From positions 15,986 to 79,985 of the forward strand of contig DBWM01000011.1 of assembly GCA_002309015.1 (NCBI GenBank): a DNA stretch of 64,000 nt, read 5' to 3'. Below are positions 26,741-34,818 of this stretch, piece after piece (position 1 is the first letter of the stretch; each line of letters starts with the position of its first letter). Made by a program: the position numbers and the translations under genes. Below the pieces are notes generated by a model, which searched no databases, was not told the DNA's origin, and was given only the letters and a program-made list of their open reading frames with translations. This DNA is from Myxococcales bacterium UBA1238. Its GTDB lineage: Bacteria > Myxococcota_A > Bradymonadia > UBA7976 > UBA1532.

Positions 26741-28201
26741 TCAGTTCAATTTCAGTCTCTCGCACAGCGGAAGCAACTCCTCAATCTTTGCCACAATGCG
26801 CTTCTGCTCTGCAAGGGGCGGGAGAGGAATCAGAAATTCTGAGAGCTTACCAACTGAGAGAAAATTGAATGTAGTTTTGCCTGCTTTTTGGAGGATGGTT
26901 GCTTTTAATGTTTGAACAAACATGTAAATATAAAGAGGAAATATTACAGGCTTATATATTTCTTTTACGACAAGTGCATTGAATTGTTGATTAGTTGTAA
27001 GTGGTATTTTTGTATATGCGTATTCTCCAACTGAAGCAGTGCAGCATAGTAAGACTGTTTCAGGTGGTACGATTCTCTCTGTATTCTTTGATAATGCTTT
27101 ACGTGTAATAAATTTTTCTGTTTTTGATATAAATCTTCCCTGGCGATGCACATCGTCAATTGTAAACCACGGAATATCTCCATTCTCCCAAAATTCTGGA
27201 TTGCTTTTGAGTGGAGTAAATCCATTAATTATATTGAACACTTCTCCCAGCCGTACCCAAATCCACCCCTCCGGGATTTCGAATGGGATCTCCTCCTCGC
27301 TGATCTCTGGCAGTGCCTTTTCCTTCTTAATCTTCCCAGCCCGAATCAAGGCTTGTTTCTCGCGTTGAATCTCGCGATACAACTCCTCTGCGGTTCCTTC
27401 TTCAGCGCGTTGCTCGACAAGCTTCCCCTGAATCGCAAGTTGCAGAATGGATTTTTGCAAATCTCCCGGAAAACGCCTGTTGAATGCTTCAAGCCGAGTC
27501 CAGGCTTTTTCATAGCGATCGATCAGCGGCAGAATTTCCTCAATCTTCGCGACAATGCGTTTTTGCTCAGCAAGTGGGGGAAGAGGAATCAGAAAATGTT
27601 TGAGCTTTTCTGCTTTAATTCCTTTTGCGGTAGTTCCTGTGCAATTATCTGATAATTGTCCTTGAAATGAGGGAGAGAGTATAAAGTACATCAGCAAAGT
27701 GAGATCTATAGTGTTCTCCTCATATTGTTGAAATGTAATTATCCTTTGGCCACATGAGCTAATTTCTAAATCACATAGTGCAGCGTTTCCCATTGGAGCT
27801 TCGGTTGTAAAAAGTAGATCGCCCTTTTTGGTAATTCCTCTATTTTTTCTGCCCTCATATTCGGACAAAGAAATGTATTCCTTACGAGTGTAGTCCATAT
27901 ACCCATTCTTAATATTTGAAGCGGTAATAAGAAAAACTCCTTCAGATACTTTGGTAGGAGTTTTTCCTCTATAATCAATGAAGTTGACAATCTCATTTAG
28001 CCTCATCATCTTCCAAGAACTTGGAACCTCAAAATCCATTGAAGAATAATCTAATTCATGCTTACATGGGCCAAGTTTAGTAATATATGGCGTTAGCTTT
28101 AAGTGCAGCTCTTCTGCTGTCCCTTCTTCAGCGCGCTGTTCGACGAGTTTGCCCTGGATGGCGAGTTGGAGGATGCTGTTTTTCAAATCTTTGGGTGTCA
28201 T
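26741..28201 (-). CDS. hsdS: type I restriction-modification specificity subunit
   Basis: Two target-recognition domains are separated by duplicated conserved helices: ILQLAIQGKLVEQRAEEGTAEEL x2 and LIPLPPLAEQKRIVAKIEE(I/L)LPL x2. ATGA overlap with fic. Confidence 0.9.
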   Translation of the reverse strand: MTPKDLKNSILQLAIQGKLVEQRAEEGTAEELHLKLTPYITKLGPCKHELDYSSMDFEVPSSWKMMRLNEIVNFIDYRGKTPTKVSEGVFLITASNIKNGYMDYTRKEYISLSEYEGRKNRGITKKGDLLFTTEAPMGNAALCDLEISSCGQRIITFQQYEENTIDLTLLMYFILSPSFQGQLSDNCTGTTAKGIKAEKLKHFLIPLPPLAEQKRIVAKIEEILPLIDRYEKAWTRLEAFNRRFPGDLQKSILQLAIQGKLVEQRAEEGTAEELYREIQREKQALIRAGKIKKEKALPEISEEEIPFEIPEGWIWVRLGEVFNIINGFTPLKSNPEFWENGDIPWFTIDDVHRQGRFISKTEKFITRKALSKNTERIVPPETVLLCCTASVGEYAYTKIPLTTNQQFNALVVKEIYKPVIFPLYIYMFVQTLKATILQKAGKTTFNFLSVGKLSEFLIPLPPLAEQKRIVAKIEELLPLCERLKLN

Positions 28202-28836
28202 CGCGGTTGTTCGGGGGAAGAGAAGGCATCCTGGACGATGCGTTCGAGGTAGCCTTTTTTGGAGAGATCGCCGAGATCGTGAAAGACGGCGTTGTAGGCG
28301 ACGAGGGCGGCGCGCATGTAGACGCTGTTTTCTTCAAAGATTTCGCGGCGAATGGCGAGCTGCTGATCTTCTGCAAACTGGCAGCAAAAGGTGATGACCG
28401 TGCGGGTATTGCCTTCGCGAAAGGGATGGATCTTCCATAACGAAGCCATGTCGAAGCAAAAATGCTGTGCAAATTCGGTGGGTTGCATTTGATGCCAGGA
28501 TCTTTGGGTCATCTGTTGAAGGCAGGAGGTGACCTGCTCTGTGATCGTGTTGTGATCGGCATATTCGACCGAAAGACCGCCCAGGACGGGTTCTTCTTTT
28601 TCGATGTTGATGCGGCGGAATTCCCCGGCCCAGTCGTAGAGATCCTGAAAGAGATAGCGGTGCAGGCGTTTTAAGTGAGAGAGGTCATAACAGCCCGTCA
28701 AGGGATTTTCGGTCAGTTCCCGCAGGCGCAGAGAGGTGTAATCGGCTTCGATTTTGCGAATGAAATCAGGATCTTTGATGGATAATCGGTTCTTTAGAGT
28801 TCGTGTGTTGGGGTATACATAAGGATCCTGCATCAC
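28198..28836 (-). CDS. fic: Fic/Fido-domain protein (class I, VbhT-like toxin)
   Basis: Fic motif HPFREGNTRT. ~210 aa. ATGA overlaps with both the upstream antitoxin-like gene and the downstream hsdS. Confidence 0.9.
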   Translation of the reverse strand: MMQDPYVYPNTRTLKNRLSIKDPDFIRKIEADYTSLRLRELTENPLTGCYDLSHLKRLHRYLFQDLYDWAGEFRRINIEKEEPVLGGLSVEYADHNTITEQVTSCLQQMTQRSWHQMQPTEFAQHFCFDMASLWKIHPFREGNTRTVITFCCQFAEDQQLAIRREIFEENSVYMRAALVAYNAVFHDLGDLSKKGYLERIVQDAFSSPEQPR

Positions 28837-29036
28837 TGTGGGACCTTCATTTTGTATTTCTTATCCAATAAAGCTTTGATGTCGCTGGTGGTGAGCTTGC
28901 CGTCGATTTCCAGTTGGACGTAGCGTTTGAATTCATCGGAGGGCTCCAATCCATCGATGCGGATCATACCGAGGGCGTATTTCCATGCGCGTTCTTTGCC
29001 CGCGCGGTCGATGGGGTTGGATATGTAGTCGTTCAT
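28833..29036 (-). CDS. VbhA-like Fic antitoxin
   Basis: 67 aa. ..ALGMIRIDGLEPSDEFKRYVQLEIDGKLTTSDI.. resembles the VbhA-family (S/T)xxxEG-LEPS helix. Positioned directly upstream of fic. Confidence 0.75.
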   Translation of the reverse strand: MNDYISNPIDRAGKERAWKYALGMIRIDGLEPSDEFKRYVQLEIDGKLTTSDIKALLDKKYKMKVPQ

Positions 29037-29124
29037 GCATGCTCCTCAAAAAGCCGATCAAAGCCCGCAGAATGCCACAAAAAAGGCCAAAAATCCAGCA
29101 AGAAGGGCGAGTTGCAGCTGGGGT

Positions 29125-30153
29125 TTATTCCCTGGAATGCGAAGGTTTTTGGGCAGTGAATGCCTTTAGAGCTTTGTCAAAATCCGATTCGATGGGTTGG
29201 GTGCGGTTGAAAATATCGTATTCGCGGGCGGCTTTCTCCTGGGCGGATTTTTGAGAGACGCGACCGTTGTCTTTTAAAATCTGATATTGTCTAAACTCCA
29301 AAAAGGCGTTCACGCTCTGTTCAAGTTCAGCCATGGTAAAGGTATTCTCGCGTTCAATCAGATCTTCGATATAATCAAAATAGCCTGTGACGGCGCGCTC
29401 AAGCTGGCGGATTTGGCTTTCGTTGAGATAGTTCTTTGCGATCATCACATTGGATTTCAAAATTCGGCCATCGGGCGCATTTTTCCATGTGGTGAGCCCC
29501 ATGTGTTCTTTGGTGTGATCGGCGTTTTGATAGACGATTTCGGCGGCGGTATGTTGGGTGATGGCATAGTGAAATTTGTTTTGAATGGTGGCGTAAAAAT
29601 GGCTGGCGAGTTCGGAATCCCGTGTATAGTCGATGCTGCATTCGGCAAAAATGTCGGTGATTTGCTGCCAGATGCGCCGTTCACTGGCGCGGATAGAGCG
29701 GACGCGCTCGAGGAGTTCCCGGAAGTAATCTTTACCAAAAGCCGTCTTGCCCTGCTTTAAACGGTCGTCATCGAGGACAAATCCTTTTTTGATAAAGTCT
29801 TTGAGGATGCCGGTGGCCCAAATTCGAAACTGGGTGGCTTTTTTGGAATTGACGCGGTAGCCCACAGAAATGATCGCGTCGAGGTTATAAAACTCCGCGT
29901 TTCTTTTGACTTTTCGCGTGCCTTCGTTTTGAACAGTTTCCATTTTGGAAACAGTTGCGTCGCGGCAGAGCTCTCCTTCGTCGTAGATATTGGCCAGATG
30001 TTTGGAAATCGCCGGCACCTGAACCCCAAAAAGCTCCGCCATCGCTTTTTGAGTCAGCCAGACGGTTTCATCCCGGATGTAAGCGCTGATGCTGACTGCG
30101 CCATCTTCTGAGCGATAAAGCATCAGATTCATTTGCTTTTCAAAATTGCTCAT
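29125..30153 (-). CDS. rhuM: RhuM-family protein
   Basis: ..VWLTQKAMAELFGVQVPAISKHLANIYDEGEL..YNLDAIISVGYRVNSKKATQFRIWAT..L is characteristic of RhuM proteins, which are commonly inserted in type I R-M operons. Confidence 0.85.
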   Translation of the reverse strand: MSNFEKQMNLMLYRSEDGAVSISAYIRDETVWLTQKAMAELFGVQVPAISKHLANIYDEGELCRDATVSKMETVQNEGTRKVKRNAEFYNLDAIISVGYRVNSKKATQFRIWATGILKDFIKKGFVLDDDRLKQGKTAFGKDYFRELLERVRSIRASERRIWQQITDIFAECSIDYTRDSELASHFYATIQNKFHYAITQHTAAEIVYQNADHTKEHMGLTTWKNAPDGRILKSNVMIAKNYLNESQIRQLERAVTGYFDYIEDLIERENTFTMAELEQSVNAFLEFRQYQILKDNGRVSQKSAQEKAAREYDIFNRTQPIESDFDKALKAFTAQKPSHSRE

Positions 30154-30166
30154 CGGTCCTCTTCCA

Positions 30167-31672
30167 TCATCCTTCGCGTCCCCCGAGTTTCCCTAGGATT
30201 TCGTCCAAAACGCGGTCGATTTCGGCGTTGAGGGAGGCGCGTTCTTCCTGGTAGCGCTGAATGAGGTCCATCGGCGCCAGAATTTCTTCTTCTTCGTGAG
30301 GGAAGCCGCATTGATCGAGGTTGTACCCCAAATCTCCGGAGAGCTCGGCGGCGGTGTAGCGTTTGGCTTTGGGGAAGCCGTCGAGCGAGATCTCTTCGCG
30401 GCGGTGCCACCATTCGATGACAGGGGCAAAATGCTCGGGCTTCATCGGCTTTGTTTTTGAGAAATGCTTATAGCCTTCGGGCATATCGAGGCGATAGAAC
30501 CAGGTGTTTTGGGTGGGGCCGGTGCGGTCAAAGAACAAGATGTTGGTCGTGATCGAGGTATAGGGCGAAAAGACGCTGCCGGGCAGGCGGATGATCGTAT
30601 GAAGGTTAAATTCAGAGAGGAGTTTTTTCTTGAGATTGATCTTGGCGTTGTCTGTCCCAAAGAGAAAGCCGTCAGGCAAAATGACAGCGGCGCGGCCGTT
30701 CGGTTTTAAGCGATACATGATGACGGCCATGAAGAGATCGGCGGTTTCAGAGCTTGCGAGATCAGAGGGGAAATGATTTTTGACGTCTGATTTTTCGCTG
30801 CCACCGTAGGGTGGATTCATCAAAATGACATCGAACTGATCGCGCTCGTTGTAATCGAGGACGTCAGAGAGCAGGCTGTTTTGATGGAAAATCTGCGGGT
30901 GATCGACGTCGTGCAGGAGCATGTTGGTGATGCAAAGCATGTATGGGAATTGCTTCTTTTCGAAGCCATAAATCGAGCAGCCAAAGGCTTCGCGGTCTTT
31001 TGCGGTTTTGAGCGAAGGTTCGAGGGCTTTTAGCCAGCTCGTCAAAAAGCCGCCGGTGCCGCAGGCAAAATCGGCCATCTTTTCGCCCACTTTGGGTTCG
31101 ATCATCTTCGCCATAAAATCGGTGACTGCGCGCGGTGTATAGAATTCCCCCGATGATCCGGCGCTTTGGAGCTCCTTTAAGATCGTCTCATAGATTTCAC
31201 CGAATGCATGGCTCTCCTCTGTGTCATTTAAGTCGAGTTCGTCAATGATATTCAGGAGTTGGCGCATGAGTACGCCATCTTTCATGTAGTTGTTGGCGTC
31301 TGCAAACACGCTTTTCACGATCGCTTTTTGAATGGGCGTCTCGCGATCGACGGGCAGATTTTTTAAGGTCGGAAACAGGTGGTTGTTGACGAACTCTAAG
31401 AGCGCTTCTCCGGTTTTGGCCTTGCCGTCGCTGTTCTGAGCCCAGTTTTTCCATTGGCATTCTTCGGGGATGATCGATTGATAAGAATTTTGATAAGAAA
31501 AGAGATCATCCCCGCTCAGATCAGCCATCATCCAGTTTTGCTCCTGGCTATCGTAGACCTTTAAAAAGAGCATCCAGGCGATCTGTTCGATGCGTTGCGC
31601 GTCTCCGTTGATGCCGGCGTCGTTGCGCATGACGTCGCGGACGCGCTTTACAAAAGAACCTAACTGACTCAT
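30167..31672 (-). CDS. hsdM: type I R-M N6-adenine DNA methyltransferase subunit
   Basis: HsdM N-terminal region. AdoMet motif DFACGTGGFL. Catalytic MNPPYGG (NPPY). Confidence 0.95.
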   Translation of the reverse strand: MSQLGSFVKRVRDVMRNDAGINGDAQRIEQIAWMLFLKVYDSQEQNWMMADLSGDDLFSYQNSYQSIIPEECQWKNWAQNSDGKAKTGEALLEFVNNHLFPTLKNLPVDRETPIQKAIVKSVFADANNYMKDGVLMRQLLNIIDELDLNDTEESHAFGEIYETILKELQSAGSSGEFYTPRAVTDFMAKMIEPKVGEKMADFACGTGGFLTSWLKALEPSLKTAKDREAFGCSIYGFEKKQFPYMLCITNMLLHDVDHPQIFHQNSLLSDVLDYNERDQFDVILMNPPYGGSEKSDVKNHFPSDLASSETADLFMAVIMYRLKPNGRAAVILPDGFLFGTDNAKINLKKKLLSEFNLHTIIRLPGSVFSPYTSITTNILFFDRTGPTQNTWFYRLDMPEGYKHFSKTKPMKPEHFAPVIEWWHRREEISLDGFPKAKRYTAAELSGDLGYNLDQCGFPHEEEEILAPMDLIQRYQEERASLNAEIDRVLDEILGKLGGREG

Positions 31673-33999
31673 TCAAACACCTCGTCGTAGAGAGCCGCTT
31701 CGAGCTCTGAAATCGCCTGTTTATATCCCGCAGGGCCGTTAAAATAGCCCGCAATTTTGGCGGGTTTACCATATTTTTGAAACTCTGGAAGCTGAAGCAC
31801 CTTGCCCGAGCGCAATTCGCCTGCGCCGTGATCGGCATATTGATCGAGCAGGAGTTCCAGAATGCTGCGGGCTTCGCCTTTGTATTTGTTTAAAAAATCG
31901 CGCTTTTTCACATGATTTGCGCGCTCTTTGCGCGTGAGCGGCTTTTGGTCGTAGGCGATGTGACAAACAAAGTCGAAGTCATCCACATCTTCAAGCTGCT
32001 GGTCTCTTTTTAACTGATCCAGATCGATGCCCTGAAGCCTGAGCATTTCCTTGATGCGACCGGAGTTCGGCGATTTACGCCATTCGCGGATAAAGGCACT
32101 GAGAGAGGCATAATGCCCAAGCAGGCTCGCTTTGGTGTAATCGACGATGTCTTCCTGACGAAGGAGCTTGCCCTCTGTGTCATAAACCGAGACCACACGG
32201 TGGATCACGTAAACCCTGCAGCCGTCTGCGGTCACATAGGGCTTGTAGCGGGGCTCTTTTTCCTCTTCATCGCCGGCATCGTTTTCATCGGACTCCGTTT
32301 CAGACGCTTGCTTTTCTTTCACTTCAAACTGATCGTCGATTTCGATCGGTCCATCCCATTCAGGATCCACAAAAAGCCGCGTGACGCCTCGAAAATCCAT
32401 CACGGTAAACGAAAGCTTGCCGTCAGCTTCCCGAATCCGCGTCCCGCGCCCGATGATCTGTTTAAACTCGGTCATCGAATTCAGGCATTCATCGAGGACG
32501 ATCAGCCTGGTCATCTTGCAATCGGCCCCGGTCGAAAGGAGCTTTGAGGTTGTGACGATGACGGGATATTTCGCGGCGACCGAAATGAAATAGTCGAGTT
32601 TGCCCTTGCCATATTCGTCGCTGCCGGTGATGCGCACCACATAATCCTCGTGCTTGTGCATCATGTCTTCGTTGCATCGGGCGAGCGCATCTCGCATGCG
32701 GAGGGCTGCTTCCTCGGTGGGGCAAAAGACGATCGTCTTCGCCATGCGGTCGGTCTGCTTCAAAAAATCGGTGATCTTCTGCGCAACTTCGCGCGTGCGA
32801 TCCTCGAGGACGATGTTGTAGTCGTAATCGCTGTTGTTATAGATGCGGTCTTCGATTTCGTGCCCGTTGGCGTCGAGTTGTCCCTTGGTGGGCCGCCATT
32901 CGTCGCCGACGTTGGTTTTAAAGCTGATCACCTTAAAGGGCGCCAAAAAGCCGTCATCGATGCCGTTGTTGAGGCTGTAGCTGTAGATGGGCTCCCCAAA
33001 ATAGTTGATGTTTGAAGTGTATCTGGTCTCCTTGGGCGTCGCGGTCATGCCGATTTGAGTCGCACCCGAAAAATATTCGAGGATTTGGCGCCAGGTGCTG
33101 TCCTCTTTGGCCGATCCGCGATGGCATTCGTCGACGATGATGAGGTCAAAGAAGTCGGGTCTGAAATATTTCTTGTAATGCTCCTCGCCGGATTCGCCCA
33201 TGAGCTGCTGATAGAGCGCAAAATAGACCTGGTACGAAGTGAGTTCGGAACGCTTATCCTTTTGAAAATTGATTTTGTGGATGACCTTTTCGAGCGGCGC
33301 AAAATCCTGCTGGATCGACTGATCGACCAGAATATTCCGATCGGCTAAGTATAGGATTTTCTGTTTGATTTCGCTTTTGAGCAGGCGATAGACGATTTGA
33401 AACGCCGTATAGGTTTTGCCGGTCCCCGTCGCCATCACCAAAAGCAAACGCTGCTGTCCCCGCGCGATCGCATCTACGGTGCGGTTGATCGCGATGCGCT
33501 GATAATAACGCGGGGGATATGTGCTTTGGCTGCTGTAGTAGGGCTGCGCGCGAAGCTTCTGCTGCAATTCCGTGGGATTCTCTGCAGAGTTGATGCGCCC
33601 CTGGAGCTCTTCGGGTGTTGGAAACTGATCGAGCGGAATCTCGCGCTCCTTGCCGGTCAAAAAGTCATGTTCCACAAAGCATTCGCCGTTCGAGCTGTAA
33701 GCAAAGTACAGATCGAGCATTTTCGCGTAAGCGATCGCCTGCTGCAGGCCCTCTGAGGGAGCATACCGGTTGGATTTGGCTTCAACCACCGCCACAGAAT
33801 AGTTCGGACGCAAAAAGAGTAAGTAATCCGCGCGCTTAGGCGCCGATCGGCTCGCCAGGTTGCCCCGCAGATTCACCTTTCCGTCGGTCAGCCGCGCCTC
33901 CATTTGGATTTGAAGACGCGGATCCCACGATCGCTCGATTGCGGGCGTAATATAAAGCCGTTTGATGTCTTCTTCGCTGTGCAGGCTCAAATCACTCAT
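31669..33999 (-). CDS. hsdR: type I restriction endonuclease R subunit (EcoAI/EcoEI-like, type IB-like)
   Basis: Helicase motif I MATGTGKT and motif II DECHRGS. C-terminal EcoEI-R-like tail (..LLDQYADHGAGEL..LQLPEFQKYG..). ATG at 33999 (MSDLSLHSEEDIKRLYITPAIE) is preferred. ATGA overlap with hsdM. Confidence 0.95.
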   Translation of the reverse strand: MSDLSLHSEEDIKRLYITPAIERSWDPRLQIQMEARLTDGKVNLRGNLASRSAPKRADYLLFLRPNYSVAVVEAKSNRYAPSEGLQQAIAYAKMLDLYFAYSSNGECFVEHDFLTGKEREIPLDQFPTPEELQGRINSAENPTELQQKLRAQPYYSSQSTYPPRYYQRIAINRTVDAIARGQQRLLLVMATGTGKTYTAFQIVYRLLKSEIKQKILYLADRNILVDQSIQQDFAPLEKVIHKINFQKDKRSELTSYQVYFALYQQLMGESGEEHYKKYFRPDFFDLIIVDECHRGSAKEDSTWRQILEYFSGATQIGMTATPKETRYTSNINYFGEPIYSYSLNNGIDDGFLAPFKVISFKTNVGDEWRPTKGQLDANGHEIEDRIYNNSDYDYNIVLEDRTREVAQKITDFLKQTDRMAKTIVFCPTEEAALRMRDALARCNEDMMHKHEDYVVRITGSDEYGKGKLDYFISVAAKYPVIVTTSKLLSTGADCKMTRLIVLDECLNSMTEFKQIIGRGTRIREADGKLSFTVMDFRGVTRLFVDPEWDGPIEIDDQFEVKEKQASETESDENDAGDEEEKEPRYKPYVTADGCRVYVIHRVVSVYDTEGKLLRQEDIVDYTKASLLGHYASLSAFIREWRKSPNSGRIKEMLRLQGIDLDQLKRDQQLEDVDDFDFVCHIAYDQKPLTRKERANHVKKRDFLNKYKGEARSILELLLDQYADHGAGELRSGKVLQLPEFQKYGKPAKIAGYFNGPAGYKQAISELEAALYDEVFE

Positions 34000-34143
34000 C
34001 AAAAGCGCCTCTCCGGATGCCTGAATCGAGCATGCCCGATTCAAAGGGGGCAATCAAGAAGGGGTGTTTCCAATCCCCCAGCCGTCACCTCACTCCATCT
34101 CGAACCTCTTGCCAAAGCTCTCAGATCCGTTTACTGCATAGCT

Positions 34144-34818
34144 ATGACGAGGATTTTGCTGATCGACGACGAGCCGGCCATCACTGAAAGTCTTGAATAT
34201 GCGCTGTTGCGCGAGGGCTTTGAGGCGCAGTCTGTGGCCAATCTGGCGGAAGCGGATCTTGCGCTCTCGAACCATCATTTTGATTTGGCAATTCTGGACT
34301 TAGGGCTTCCCGACGGTTACGGTCTGGATTGGCTTGGGCGGCTGCGTCAGACGTCCAATGTGCCGGTGATCATCCTTTCGAGTCACGACGATGCGCGCGA
34401 GCATGTGGCGGGCCTTGAGATGGGGGCCGACGACTACGTGGACAAGCCTTTTTCGCTGCGCGAGATGGTGGCGAGGGTGCGCGCGGTGCTGCGCCGTGTG
34501 GGAGAGCCGCCGGTTTCAAATGAGTCTCAGCTTCGGATCGATCATGATGCGCGCCAGGCGTTTGCGGGATCGCAGTTGTTGCATCTGTCGCGCACGGAGT
34601 TCGATTTGCTGGCGACGTTGTGGTCTCATGCGGGCCATGTGCTCGATCGCGAATCGCTGTTGTCGCTGGTTTGGGGCCCCGACATCGCGGTGACCGAGCG
34701 GACCATCGACGTGCATGTGAAGTCGCTGCGCAAAAAACTGGCGGCGGCGGGCATGAAGGGCGACGTGATCGAGACCGTGCGCGGCGTGGGCTATCGATGC
34801 ATGCGAGGCGCTGATTGA
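34144..34818 (+). CDS. OmpR-family response regulator
   Basis: MTRILLIDDEP...DLAILDLGLPDG receiver domain. Winged-helix C-terminus (..TIDVHVKSLRKKL..IETVRGVGYR). The longer listed ORF (from 33904) overlaps hsdR and is rejected. Confidence 0.9.
   Translation: MTRILLIDDEPAITESLEYALLREGFEAQSVANLAEADLALSNHHFDLAILDLGLPDGYGLDWLGRLRQTSNVPVIILSSHDDAREHVAGLEMGADDYVDKPFSLREMVARVRAVLRRVGEPPVSNESQLRIDHDARQAFAGSQLLHLSRTEFDLLATLWSHAGHVLDRESLLSLVWGPDIAVTERTIDVHVKSLRKKLAAAGMKGDVIETVRGVGYRCMRGAD

Noticed and set aside
33904-34143. N-terminal extension of the response-regulator ORF (listed from 33904)
   Set aside because: It overlaps the hsdR 5' end on the other strand. The receiver domain begins exactly at the ATG at 34144 (MTRILLIDDEP).
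34060-34143. Sigma70-type promoter call (TTGCCA ... TACTGC) for a leaderless response-regulator transcript
   Set aside because: The -10 element is poor and the geometry is speculative, so it cannot be supported from sequence alone.
22900-34150. Integrative mobile element (genomic island with integrase and att sites)
   Set aside because: I found no integrase, transposase or recombinase ORF, no flanking tRNA and no direct repeats at the borders. It is described only as a defence island of unknown mobility.
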